NCBI GenBank assembly: GCA_963806225.1
Contig: CAWDXG010000001.1
Span: forward strand, 1,792,001-1,856,000
Length of the DNA stretch: 64,000 nt
Direction of reading: 5' to 3'
Origin: an uncultured delta proteobacterium
Lineage (GTDB): Bacteria > Myxococcota_A > Polyangia > Polyangiales > Polyangiaceae
Positions within the stretch are counted from its first letter, which is position 1, and each line of letters begins with the position of its first letter. Shown here one piece after another: positions 1 to 9,793 of the stretch. The position numbers and the translations under genes are program-made. The notes beneath the pieces were generated by a model, which saw nothing but the letters and a program-made list of their open reading frames with translations, did no database searches and was not told where the DNA came from.

Positions 1-1
1 C

Positions 2-2776
2 ATGCGGTTCATAGCGCTCCCCGAGGCAGTTTCGATTGCCAACGACGGACGCATCCTGTCGATCGAGAACATCGACGGCTGGCAGGTGGTGCGCGATGTC
101 GTCGAGGACAAGACGCTGTGGACGCTTCCCGACATCGAGGCGAGCGCGCTTTCGCCTGGTGGCAGCGCGGTGGTCACGCTCCGCCCCACGAAGCGACCGC
201 AAGAGTCCGTGCTGGTCGTCTCGTCTCCCGACGGCAAGGAGCGGGGACGCGTGCCGTTGTCGGTGCCGAAAGACGCGACCTTCGAACCGCTCCAGATCAC
301 TTTCGACGGTCGTCGCGCACTCGCCGTCGCCGGTATGACCGTGTTCGTGGTCTCGCTCGAACCGCCGCGCCTGGAGCGGAAGCGGCACCTGACGGGGGAC
401 AGTGTACTTGCGCTGAGCGGCGACGGGACGCGAGCGCTGGTCGTCACCCGCCGCCACCCCACGGGCCACGGCCTGATGGGTCTCTTGGCGCCGGTCGAGC
501 GGAGTGGCGTGCTGACTCTGGTGGAGCTCGCGAGCGGCCGCACTCTCCGCACGCTCGGTACCAGGGACAAGCCGTTCAAGTACTCGGCCGTCGCGCTGTC
601 GCGCGAGGGGCGCCGGCTGTTCATCGGCACGACGAACGCCATCGACGTAGTGGACGCCCGGACGGGCTCGCTCCGGACGCTGGCGCGCCTCGAGGGCTCG
701 GGGCTCGGAGGGCTCTCGGCGGGCAGCCATCGCTTGCTGGTGTCACCGGACGACAGCCAGCTGACGTACAGGCAGCGGGGCGTGCACCTGGTGGACACGA
801 AGACGGGCAGCGTCCAGCAGCTCCCGGCCACGGCATCGCCTCGGGCGTTCTCGCCGGACGGAGGCCTGCTCCTCTACCGCGAGTCCCAGGCCGCGGTGGT
901 GCGCGGCAAGCATTACGACGTGCCGGCGGGGCATCGCCTGCCGGTTACGGCGCTCGCTTTCATCGACCGCGGGCGTCGGCTCGCTTCGGCAGCCGGCTCG
1001 CTGCGCTTGTGGGATCCGCGCACCGGCGCGCCGCTCGGCTCCTCCCGCCTGGCCGGCGGCAGGGTGCGGCTGGCGCCGTCATCCGATGGCGCGAGACTCG
1101 CCATCGCCGGACGCGACCTGGAGATCGCGGACACGGCGGGGAAAAAGCTCCTGCGCATCGACACCTCGCATCAAGTCCCGGCGGTGGCGTTCCTGGCCCA
1201 CGGCGGGCTGCTCGCCGGTACCCTGATGGGGCCGGGCTGGATGCCCGGCACGCGCGGCAAGCAATCGCACCTGCGCGCGGACCGCACTCTGTTCCGGCTT
1301 GCGCCCGACGGCCGCACACTGGGCTCGGTCGAGGTCGGCGACGTGCGCTCGCTTTCGGTTGCGCCGGATTCCAGGCAGGTCGCGCTCTACAGCGACCGTA
1401 CCGGGGGCGGGGTCGGGCACGTGGAGCTCCGGGACGTGGCGACGCTGCAGCATCGCGTGGCTCTGGCGCCGCTCGATGCGTACAGGGACTGGCTCGCGTT
1501 TGCCGGCCCGGACACGCTGGTTGCAGCGAGCAGGCGGCGCGGTGCCGTCGCGTTCGACCTCCGGACAAGGAAGGTCCAGGCCCGCTTTGCTCTCGGGAAC
1601 TGCTGCAGCGCGCTCGCGGTGTCGCCCGACGGCACGCGGCTCGCGGCCGCTGCCGGTCGCGATGTGCAGCTCTGGGATATCGCCCCCCGCAGGCTGCTGG
1701 GCGTGTTCCGGGGCCATAGCGGAGACGTTCAAGCGCTTGCGTTCTCTCCGGATGGAAAGTGGCTGGCCTCCGCGGGGCGCGACACCAGTGTGCTGATCTG
1801 GGCCGCGGCGGCACCGACGCCGCTGGAGAGGCCGACACCGACGCTCGAGAAACCCGCGGTCGGTTCGCTGGCGGAGCTGGCGCGGGGCTATCGGGGCGAA
1901 CGACTCGCCACGCTTTCCAGGGGAAAGCTCGCGTCTCCGGGCGAGACGCTGCCGAAACTGCCGGCTGGGCTCCGGGCGGTGGCGCGCGGCGGCGCGGCTA
2001 GCTGCGCCATCACCGCGCGGCGAAAGGTCGTGTGCTGGGGCAGCTGGCTCGGGGGCAGGCTGGGCCTGAACACCAAGTCGCACGCCCCGGCGGGTCAGCT
2101 CCGACCCGTGCCGGGCGTCCGCGACGCGCGCAGGATCGCCATGGGTCTGATGTACGCCTGCGCCATCGACTCGCACGGTGCGGCCAGCTGCTGGGGGTCG
2201 CTTGGTGGCGTCATCCGCGCGCAGGCGCCCCGCGCGCTGAACGTGCCGAGCCCGGTCGTCGACATCCAGATCGGTCTCGCACACGCCTGCGCGCTGCTCG
2301 AGAGCGGACACGTCGTGTGCTGGGGTGACAATCCCGACGGCCAGCTTGGCACGAGCGCGTTCGCCGCAAGTTCCCCCGCGCCCATGCCGCTCATCGACGA
2401 TGCCGTCGCGATCGCGGTTGGCGATCTGCATACGTGCGTGCTGCGGCGCGCCGGTGCGATCTTCTGCTCGGGTTCGAACAGGTCGGATCAGCTCGGCGAC
2501 GGTACCGGCGTCGACTCCAGGTCGCCGGTGGAGGTAGTCCGCTTGCGGGGAGCCCGCGCGATCTCCGCCGATGGGAGCGCCAGCTGCGCCGTGGCGCACG
2601 ATGGCCGTGTGTTCTGCTGGGGCCGGTTGGCCGGCTTCCTCGGCAGCGAAGTGCACTTCGTGAGGCCCACGCCCGTGGACGCGCTCGGAAGCGCGGAAAA
2701 GGTCCGGATCGTGGCGGGGCGCGTGTGCGTGCAGGGCGGCGGGCCGGTGCGCTGCGCGCGTTTCCTGCGCCGGTAG
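2..2776 (+). CDS. WD40-repeat beta-propeller protein with C-terminal RCC1-like repeats (may extend upstream of the window)
   Basis: WD40 motifs (GHSGDVQALAFSPDGKWLASAGRDTSVLIW; GHRLPVTALAF...LRLWD) followed by RCC1-type repeats (HACALLESGHVVCWGDNPDGQLG; HTCVL...CSGSNRSDQLG). Confidence 0.8.
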   Translation: MRFIALPEAVSIANDGRILSIENIDGWQVVRDVVEDKTLWTLPDIEASALSPGGSAVVTLRPTKRPQESVLVVSSPDGKERGRVPLSVPKDATFEPLQITFDGRRALAVAGMTVFVVSLEPPRLERKRHLTGDSVLALSGDGTRALVVTRRHPTGHGLMGLLAPVERSGVLTLVELASGRTLRTLGTRDKPFKYSAVALSREGRRLFIGTTNAIDVVDARTGSLRTLARLEGSGLGGLSAGSHRLLVSPDDSQLTYRQRGVHLVDTKTGSVQQLPATASPRAFSPDGGLLLYRESQAAVVRGKHYDVPAGHRLPVTALAFIDRGRRLASAAGSLRLWDPRTGAPLGSSRLAGGRVRLAPSSDGARLAIAGRDLEIADTAGKKLLRIDTSHQVPAVAFLAHGGLLAGTLMGPGWMPGTRGKQSHLRADRTLFRLAPDGRTLGSVEVGDVRSLSVAPDSRQVALYSDRTGGGVGHVELRDVATLQHRVALAPLDAYRDWLAFAGPDTLVAASRRRGAVAFDLRTRKVQARFALGNCCSALAVSPDGTRLAAAAGRDVQLWDIAPRRLLGVFRGHSGDVQALAFSPDGKWLASAGRDTSVLIWAAAAPTPLERPTPTLEKPAVGSLAELARGYRGERLATLSRGKLASPGETLPKLPAGLRAVARGGAASCAITARRKVVCWGSWLGGRLGLNTKSHAPAGQLRPVPGVRDARRIAMGLMYACAIDSHGAASCWGSLGGVIRAQAPRALNVPSPVVDIQIGLAHACALLESGHVVCWGDNPDGQLGTSAFAASSPAPMPLIDDAVAIAVGDLHTCVLRRAGAIFCSGSNRSDQLGDGTGVDSRSPVEVVRLRGARAISADGSASCAVAHDGRVFCWGRLAGFLGSEVHFVRPTPVDALGSAEKVRIVAGRVCVQGGGPVRCARFLRR

Positions 2777-2833
2777 CAGCGTTTGGCGGAGATGCCTTGA
2801 TCCCCATGGACCCGGACCTACTCTGGGGGCTTC

Positions 2834-4144
2834 ATGGCGGATGCAGGGGGCAAGCTCTCGTTCAAGTCGGTGTTCATCGCGGTGTTGCTGGCGACGGCGC
2901 TGGTGGTCGCAGCGATGCTCGTCAACAGCCGGCGGCCGACGGTCGAGCGACAGCAGCCGAGTGCCCAGCTCGTCGAGGCGACCGGCAAGTGCGCCGGATG
3001 CCATCGTCACGAGACCTCGGCCATCGTCCAGCAGTACGAGATGAGCCGCCACGCCAAGCGAGGCGTCAACTGTCTCGACTGCCACCGCGCGGCGCCGGGG
3101 CAGAAGACCCGCGAGCACAAGGGCTTCACCATTGCCGTCGCGCTCACCGCGAAGAACTGCAGAGAGTGCCACGCGGCGGAGTACCGGCAGTTCGAGCGCA
3201 GCCGGCACGCGGCGCCGGCGTGGGCGGCGGTCAACGGAGCCGCGGACTTCTCGAAGTCGCAGCTGGCCGAGGGAGAGCGCTATCACAAGGGCTGGGTCGA
3301 TCGGCAGCCGAACGCCCTGGCGAAGCTGGAAGGCGATCCCGCGATGCACCGCGGTTGCGACAGCTGTCACAGCATAGGCAAGCCGAACGCCGACGGCTCG
3401 ATCGGAAGCTGCACGCAATGCCACTCGCGTCACGACGCGTCGGTCGCCACCGCGCGTGAGCCCGCCACGTGCGGCCAGTGCCACATGGGCCCCGATCACT
3501 CACAGATCGAGATCTACGACGAGTCGAAGCACGGCGTGCTGTTCAACGCCGAACGCGCGAGCATCAACCTGAAGGCGTTGCCCGACCGGTTGACGACGAA
3601 GGACATGCCCGTACCGACCTGTGCCACCTGCCACATGAGCGGGCTCGACGGTATGGGCGTCACCCACGACACGAGCGAGCGGCTGAGCTGGTATCTGTTC
3701 GAGCCCGTGTCGAAGAAGCGGCCGAACTACCTGCGCGGCCAGACGGAGATGAAGGAAGTCTGCCTGAAGTGTCACGCGAAGAGCGGGGTGGAGCGCTTCT
3801 ACAAGACCGCCGAGCAGGTCGTACGCGACACCAACACCAAGGTGAAGAGCACGCTCGCCGTCGTGGACAAGCTCCGGAAGGACGGCCTGCTCACGCCGAA
3901 GCCCTTCGACGAGCCGATCGAGTTCATGGCGTTCGACCTGTGGCACTACTTCGGCCGCACCACCAAGCACGGCGCCTTCATGGGCGGCGCCGACTTCGTG
4001 CAGTGGCATGGCAACTACGAGCTGCTCCGCCACAAGGTGGACATCGAGGCGGCCGCGCGGGAGGTCCGTGCGCGCGCCGCGCAGCAATCCGCTCCGACCC
4101 GGGCCGGCGCGGCGGACGGGTCGGGGCACGATGCGACTCGTTGA
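2834..4144 (+). CDS. Octaheme cytochrome c, hydroxylamine oxidoreductase (HAO) family
   Basis: N-terminal TM/signal; eight CxxCH motifs (CAGCH, CLDCH, CRECH, CDSCH, CTQCH, CGQCH, CATCH, CLKCH); HAO-family segments CGQCHMGPDHSQIEIYDESKHG and GAFMGGADFVQWHG. Confidence 0.88.
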   Translation: MADAGGKLSFKSVFIAVLLATALVVAAMLVNSRRPTVERQQPSAQLVEATGKCAGCHRHETSAIVQQYEMSRHAKRGVNCLDCHRAAPGQKTREHKGFTIAVALTAKNCRECHAAEYRQFERSRHAAPAWAAVNGAADFSKSQLAEGERYHKGWVDRQPNALAKLEGDPAMHRGCDSCHSIGKPNADGSIGSCTQCHSRHDASVATAREPATCGQCHMGPDHSQIEIYDESKHGVLFNAERASINLKALPDRLTTKDMPVPTCATCHMSGLDGMGVTHDTSERLSWYLFEPVSKKRPNYLRGQTEMKEVCLKCHAKSGVERFYKTAEQVVRDTNTKVKSTLAVVDKLRKDGLLTPKPFDEPIEFMAFDLWHYFGRTTKHGAFMGGADFVQWHGNYELLRHKVDIEAAAREVRARAAQQSAPTRAGAADGSGHDATR

Positions 4145-4991
4145 GCGGCTGCGCGGTCTGTCGCCGCACTGGCTGGTCGAGGTGTTCGCGACGAGCAACA
4201 TCGCGTTCCTCGCCGCCGACATCTATCTGGCGCACCTCGAGAACAACTTCGCGCGTACGGCGGAGTGGTTGCCGGTGTTCTTCTCGTGCCTGGCGCCGCT
4301 GGTGCTCGTTGGGGGATTGTCCAGCGGGCGCTACCAGCGTGGCGTCTGCCGTGTGGCCGGCTACGTCGTCGGTATTGCAGCGGTGCTGGTCGGGATTGCC
4401 GGTATGCTGCTGCACCTCCAAAGTGCGTTCTTCGAGCTCCGCACGCTCAAGAGCCTGGTGTACACGGCGCCTTTCGTCGCTCCGCTGTCGTACGTAGGGG
4501 TCGGGTTGCTCCTGATCCTGAACCGCATGGAGTCGCGTTCGTCGCCGGACTTCGGGGCGTGGGTTCTGTTTCTGGCGACGGGTGGTTTCGTGGGCAACTT
4601 CGTGCTGTCGCTGCTGGACCACGCCCAGAACGGTTTCTTCTCGCCGCTCGAGTGGGTCCCGGTGGTCGCGGCGGCATTCGGTCTCGCCTTCTTCTCGACC
4701 GCGCTGCTCCGCCGCGGGCGGGCGTTGCTGCGGCTGTCGCTGGGGATTGCGGCGCTCCAGGCCGTGGTCGGATTGAGCGGCTTCGCCCTGCACCTGGCGG
4801 CGAACCTCGCGAAGCCGGGTGTCCCATTCCGGGACCGCCTGATCTACGGAGCACCTGTGTTCGCTCCGCTGCTGTTCGCGGATCTGGCTGCCCTGGCGGC
4901 ACTCGGCCTGTGGCAGATGCTCGGGGTCGCCGCGCGAGCAGCGGCGCCGCCCAGCCCGGCATCGGCGCCGGACGGTGCACCCGCCCTGTGA
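4131..4991 (+). CDS. Polytopic membrane protein with internal two-fold repeat, partner of the octaheme cytochrome
   Basis: ATG at 4131 overlaps the upstream gene end; ~8 hydrophobic segments; two similar halves (LAHLENNF..EWLPV..G.LLHL..APFVAPL / LDHAQNGF..EWVPV..GFALHL..APVFAPL). Confidence 0.75.
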   Translation: MRLVERLRGLSPHWLVEVFATSNIAFLAADIYLAHLENNFARTAEWLPVFFSCLAPLVLVGGLSSGRYQRGVCRVAGYVVGIAAVLVGIAGMLLHLQSAFFELRTLKSLVYTAPFVAPLSYVGVGLLLILNRMESRSSPDFGAWVLFLATGGFVGNFVLSLLDHAQNGFFSPLEWVPVVAAAFGLAFFSTALLRRGRALLRLSLGIAALQAVVGLSGFALHLAANLAKPGVPFRDRLIYGAPVFAPLLFADLAALAALGLWQMLGVAARAAAPPSPASAPDGAPAL

Positions 4992-5142
4992 GCGCCTGGG
5001 CGTCGGGCCCTTCGCCAGGACAAAAACACGCAAAATGATCGCGATCAACCGCCGTTCCTGCATGGGTGGCGCGACATCGGCGAGGAGCCTAGCCTAGCCG
5101 GTGGTCCGGGTGCGCCATCCCACGCACCCGCCGGGTGAGCCC

Positions 5143-6474
5143 ATGGGCCCTGAATCACGGAACGGATCCGCGGGGGACAGGCGCGAACAGCGCATCGAGG
5201 AGCAGCTGCTCGAGCGGAACGTCGAGCTCGAGGTGATCAACGCGGTGTCCATCGCCGTGTCGTCGTCGCTGGAGCTCGGCAGCATCCTTGAGCGCACGCT
5301 GGATGCGGTCCTGCGCGTGAGCGGGCTCGCGCCCTCCGGCGGGATCTTCCTGCTCGACGAGGAGCTGGGCGAGCTCCGACTCGTCGCGCACCGCGGACTG
5401 TCGCCGCAGTTCGTCGAGCACGAGCAGCGCGTCAAGGTGGGCGAGTGTCTGTGCGGGCTGGTCGCCGCTACGGGCGAGCTGATCGGCTCGCCGGACTCCT
5501 GTTCCGATCCCCGGCATACCCGCTGCCGTGACGGCTGCAGCCACTCGCACGTGATCGTGCCGCTGGCGGCGCACGAACGCGTGCGCGGCGTCTTGTTCCT
5601 GTATCCACCGCCCGGCCACGAGCTCGACGGCAGCCAGCGGCGGCTGTTCTCGACCATCGGCCGCCAGATCGGCGTGGCTATCGAACACGCGCTCGTGTAC
5701 CAGAGCACCGGCGCGGAGCTGCGTCGCAAGGTCGTGGAGCTGGGCACGGCACTGCAGGAGGCGGACCGGCAACGCGCGCGCGCCAGCGAGGTGCAGCGCC
5801 TCAAGGACGACTACGTGACGATGGTCTCGCACGATCTACGCACGCCGCTGTCGGGCATGTTGGCGCAGGCCGAGCTCCTCAGGCGCCGCGCCGAGCGCTC
5901 CGGCAACGCGTCGTGCGCAGAGGTGGCGGAGGCGATCATCCGCGGCGGACAGCGCATGAATTCGATGATTAGCGACCTCGTGGAATCCGCGCGACTGGAG
6001 TCGGGGCAGGTCTCGCTGGATATCGAAAGCCTCTCCGCTGCGACGCTGGTGTCCGACGTGCTCGATATGCTTCCCGCGGCGGAGCGCGAACGCGTCGAGC
6101 AGGACCCGCCGCGCGAGCTTCCGCTCGTGCGCGCCGATCGCCAGCGCATCGGCCGCGTAGTCACGAACCTGGTGACGAACGCGCTGAAGTACTCGTCTTC
6201 CGACGCGCGCGTCACGGTGCGACTTTCGGGTGGCGACGATCAAGTGACGGTGAGCGTCGAGGACCGCGGGATCGGTATCGACGCGGAAGCGCTGCCGCGC
6301 GTGTTCGAGCGTTTCTACCGTGCGTGCGGAGTGACGGGTCCCGACGGTCTCGGTCTGGGGCTGTACATCACGCGGCTTCTCGTCGAAGCGCACGGCGGGC
6401 GCATCACCGCGGAGAGCGTGAAGGGCGAAGGGTCGACCTTCCGCTTCACGTTGCCGGTCGCTCCCGGGCAGTAG
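5143..6474 (+). CDS. GAF-domain sensor histidine kinase
   Basis: GAF region with GECLCG; H-box MVSHDLRTPL; N-box NLVTNALKYS; G1 DRGIGI; G2 GLGLGL; start could be 5101 or 5143. Confidence 0.9.
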   Translation: MGPESRNGSAGDRREQRIEEQLLERNVELEVINAVSIAVSSSLELGSILERTLDAVLRVSGLAPSGGIFLLDEELGELRLVAHRGLSPQFVEHEQRVKVGECLCGLVAATGELIGSPDSCSDPRHTRCRDGCSHSHVIVPLAAHERVRGVLFLYPPPGHELDGSQRRLFSTIGRQIGVAIEHALVYQSTGAELRRKVVELGTALQEADRQRARASEVQRLKDDYVTMVSHDLRTPLSGMLAQAELLRRRAERSGNASCAEVAEAIIRGGQRMNSMISDLVESARLESGQVSLDIESLSAATLVSDVLDMLPAAERERVEQDPPRELPLVRADRQRIGRVVTNLVTNALKYSSSDARVTVRLSGGDDQVTVSVEDRGIGIDAEALPRVFERFYRACGVTGPDGLGLGLYITRLLVEAHGGRITAESVKGEGSTFRFTLPVAPGQ

Positions 6475-6716
6475 TCGCGCCATCCCACAGCGCGTGACAA
6501 GCGCTGGTGAACCGCGCTCGCCGCGAGGTCCCGAACCCGCGCGCGCGCACGCGCCGTGATCCCGAAGTGTTACGGCCCGCGCGAAACCGCACGCGCACAT
6601 ATCGCATGGCGTTTGCACGCTCGCGCACGCACTGAAAACTCTGCGCGTCGCGCAACGTGTGATCGCGAGCGCTGCGCGGGATGTGCGCTAGCCTCTACTG
6701 TCCACGGAGGGATTGC

Positions 6717-8180
6717 GTGATCCAGAAACACATCGGGTTCGGGAAATGGATATTCGTTGGCTGCGCGTCGATGCTCGGCATTGCTTGCGGGACCCCTGAC
6801 GCAAATGTGCACGGCAACGCAGGCGGCGCGGCGGGCAGCGGCGGAAGCGCCACCACTGGTGGAACCAGTGGCGCGAGTGGCGGCACCGGTGGTGCGGACG
6901 GCAGCGACGCGGGCAACGCAGGCGGCTACAACGCAGGCGGCACAGCCGGAACCGGCGCAGGCGGAAGCAACGCAGGCGGAGCCGGCGCAGGCGGCGCGGC
7001 CGGAAGCAACGCCGGTGGCGCCGGCGGCGGAACGTGCAACGACGTGTGTCCGGCGCCCAACGGCGGCGTGACCTGGGACTGCGAGAAGCGCTTCATGTAC
7101 GGCGTGAACTACGCCTGGAACGTCTTCAGCGGTGACTTCGGCGGCATTCCGCAGTGGGGCGACAACGGGGTGAGCCAGAACGTGGCAGCTGTATCGGCCG
7201 ATCTGGCGGACATGCACGCGCATGGAGTGACCGCGATCCGCTGGTGGATGTTCCCCGACTTCCGCAGCGCCGGCGTGACGTTCGACGCGACCGACACGCC
7301 GACGGGTCTCGGCGGCACTGCGGTGGCGGATATCGACAAGGCGCTCGAGCTTGCCGAGCAGAACGACGTCTACCTGATGTTGACGTTGTTCTCCTTCGAC
7401 GACTTCAAGCCGACCGGTGACGTAGCCGGCATCCACGTTCCGGGCATGGCGCCGATGGTGACCGATGCGACCAAGCGGGCGGCGCTCATGAAGGTCGTGC
7501 GGCAGATCGCCAAGACCGTGGAGGCCAGCCCGTACAGGAACCGCATGGTCGCGTGGGACGTCATCAACGAGCCCGAGTGGGCGATCAGCGGCAGCGACTC
7601 GTACGGCGATCCGGCCTTCACGCCGCAGTCCGGATCGCTCCAGACCGTGACCTTCTCCCAGATGGAGACGCTCGTGAAGGACACCATCGCCGTGCTGCGG
7701 AGCGAGAGCTCCGCGCTCGTTACGGTCGGCGGTGCCGCGGCGAAGTGGGCGCAGGACTGGTCGCATGTCAACGTCGATTTCTACTCGCTGCACATCTACG
7801 ACTGGATCGACCAGTACTGGCCCTACAGCAACGCGCCCAGCAGCTACGGTTTGAACAAGCCGATCGTGATGCAGGAGATGTCATTCGCCGGGCTCAACGG
7901 CGCGTCCTATTCGTCGGTGGTGCAGAGCTTCTGGAACACCGGCTACGCCGGTGCGATGCCCTGGATGTGGGGCGAAGCCACGAATGCGGAGAAGACCACG
8001 TTCAAGGCCTTCGCCGATCAGCACGCCTGCCAGACGAACTACAGCCAGACCTCGCCGCTGATCATCACGCCGGCGCCTGCGGCCGCGACTCCGAAGCGCA
8101 CGCTCCCCGCGGGTGTCATTCCGAGCCTGAGGCGTTGCCGGGTCGTGAACGGTCTGCCCGACTGCAGCGTGATGCCGTAG
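6717..8180 (+). CDS. Lipoprotein with Gly-rich linker and clan-A (GH5-like) glycoside hydrolase domain
   Basis: GGAGG RBS before GTG 6717; lipobox LGIAC; GVNYAW; acid/base motif AWDVINEPEW; DFYSLHIY; KPIVMQE nucleophile region. Confidence 0.8.
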   Translation: MIQKHIGFGKWIFVGCASMLGIACGTPDANVHGNAGGAAGSGGSATTGGTSGASGGTGGADGSDAGNAGGYNAGGTAGTGAGGSNAGGAGAGGAAGSNAGGAGGGTCNDVCPAPNGGVTWDCEKRFMYGVNYAWNVFSGDFGGIPQWGDNGVSQNVAAVSADLADMHAHGVTAIRWWMFPDFRSAGVTFDATDTPTGLGGTAVADIDKALELAEQNDVYLMLTLFSFDDFKPTGDVAGIHVPGMAPMVTDATKRAALMKVVRQIAKTVEASPYRNRMVAWDVINEPEWAISGSDSYGDPAFTPQSGSLQTVTFSQMETLVKDTIAVLRSESSALVTVGGAAAKWAQDWSHVNVDFYSLHIYDWIDQYWPYSNAPSSYGLNKPIVMQEMSFAGLNGASYSSVVQSFWNTGYAGAMPWMWGEATNAEKTTFKAFADQHACQTNYSQTSPLIITPAPAAATPKRTLPAGVIPSLRRCRVVNGLPDCSVMP

Positions 8181-8416
8181 GGCTTCGTCCCGACAAGCCC
8201 GAGCGCCCGGAATTGTGGTCCGGGCGCCAGACCATGCTTCCACCCCCCCGCGCTCGCCCCCCGGCGCGGGCGGTGGGGGCGCCACCACTGGATGATTCCG
8301 GTGTGGCCGGTCTTTGCCGACATTTCGTGACAGGTGCGGGAACGACGGAGCATCCTTGCCTGTTGCTTGTTGAAGGAGCGCGCGTGCGCTCCGGATACTT
8401 TTGCTTGGAGGCCCCG

Positions 8417-9610
8417 ATGAAGCGGAAGCTCGGCGCACTGTTTGTCGTGTTGGTGCTGGGTACGGGTTGCGGCAGCTCGAGCACGAACGGAACAAGCGGC
8501 GCGGGCTACGGCGGGACCGGCGCGCGCTACGGCGGCAGCGGCGCGAGTGGCGGCAGCGGCACTGGGGGCAGTGCCGGCAACTCGACGGGCGGTAGCTCCG
8601 CCGGGGGCAGCGCAGGAGCGGGCGGGACCGTTGCGGGTTCGGCCGGCAGCGCAGCAACGGGCGGCAGCGCACCAATGGGCGGCAGCGGCGGACAGGCCGG
8701 GTCGTCGAGCGGCGGCGCGCCGAGCACGTCGAACCTCGATATCATCGTCGAGCCCAGCGACAAGGGCGCCGCACTCACGCACGCCATCCAGAATGCGCAG
8801 AAGTCGGTGCACATGACGATGTATCTGCTCACGAGCTACAACGTCATCGACGCACTGATCGCAAAGCACAAGGCCGGTCACGACGTGCGCGTGGTGCTGA
8901 ACCAGAACTTCTTTTCCGGAACGGGCAACCAGTCCGTGTTCAATCAGCTGAAGAGTGCCGGCGTGCCCGTGCACTGGGCGCCGTCGGGGTTCAACTACAC
9001 GCACGAGAAATGCGTGATCATCGACGGCAAGGCGGCGTGGATCATGACGATGAACGCCACCTACAGCTCGCCGATGGACAACCGCGAGTATCTCGCAGTC
9101 GACCGCGATCCCGCGGACGTGAGCGAGGCGGACGGCATCTTCCTGGCGGACTACGCCGGGAAGACGGCGACCGTGAACGGCAAGCTGGTTGTCTCGCCGG
9201 TGAACTCCCGCGGCAAGCTGAAGACGCTGATCGACGGCGCGCACAAGACGCTCGACATGGAAGCCGAAGAGCTCAGCGACTACGTACTGGTCGGTGCGCT
9301 CGACAGCGCCGCGAGCCGGGGCGTGAAGGTGCACATCGTGCTTGCGACCGGCAGCGCGTCCAACGCCCAGACCAAGGCGGTCGCCAATCTGAAGGCCCAC
9401 GGCGTCCAGCTCGTCTCGCTCGGCACGCCGTACATCCACGCCAAGTCGCTCGTCGCCGACGGCGCGCGCGGCTACGTCGGCTCGGAAAACTTCACGCAGA
9501 ACTCGCTCGACAACAATCGCGAGCTCGGCCTCATCTTCAGCGCCGCCACCCAGGTGAACAAGGTCCTCACGACCACGCAGAAGGACTTCGCGAACGGGAC
9601 CGCGCTGTAG
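8417..9610 (+). CDS. Phospholipase D-family lipoprotein
   Basis: Lipobox LGTGC, Gly/Ser linker, two HKD motifs (HEKCVIID; HAKSLVAD...VGSENF...NRELG). Confidence 0.88.
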   Translation: MKRKLGALFVVLVLGTGCGSSSTNGTSGAGYGGTGARYGGSGASGGSGTGGSAGNSTGGSSAGGSAGAGGTVAGSAGSAATGGSAPMGGSGGQAGSSSGGAPSTSNLDIIVEPSDKGAALTHAIQNAQKSVHMTMYLLTSYNVIDALIAKHKAGHDVRVVLNQNFFSGTGNQSVFNQLKSAGVPVHWAPSGFNYTHEKCVIIDGKAAWIMTMNATYSSPMDNREYLAVDRDPADVSEADGIFLADYAGKTATVNGKLVVSPVNSRGKLKTLIDGAHKTLDMEAEELSDYVLVGALDSAASRGVKVHIVLATGSASNAQTKAVANLKAHGVQLVSLGTPYIHAKSLVADGARGYVGSENFTQNSLDNNRELGLIFSAATQVNKVLTTTQKDFANGTAL

Positions 9611-9793
9611 CGAACCGCGCCCGGGCGTTCGACGCGCTCGAGCTGTCGACGGCGGGAGCGCTCGGCCACGAGTGAAGAATTCTGCCGTCGCCGGCGCGGC
9701 GCGACGCCGCGCGCTGCGAATCGCGGCTTCCCGCTCCAGATGTCAGGAGTATGTCAGGATCTCCGACGAGCGTTTGGGCTAGGATCCCAGGCT

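Noticed and set aside
1079..3499. Long antisense or alternative-frame ORFs (e.g. 1079-3499, 13274-15862, 37230-39023)
   Set aside because: These are shadow ORFs expected in high-GC DNA opposite well-supported genes
8417..9610. PLD as an anti-phage nuclease (Zorya/DISARM DrmC-like)
   Set aside because: It has a lipoprotein signal and two HKD motifs and no defence neighbours; an exported phospholipase is more likely
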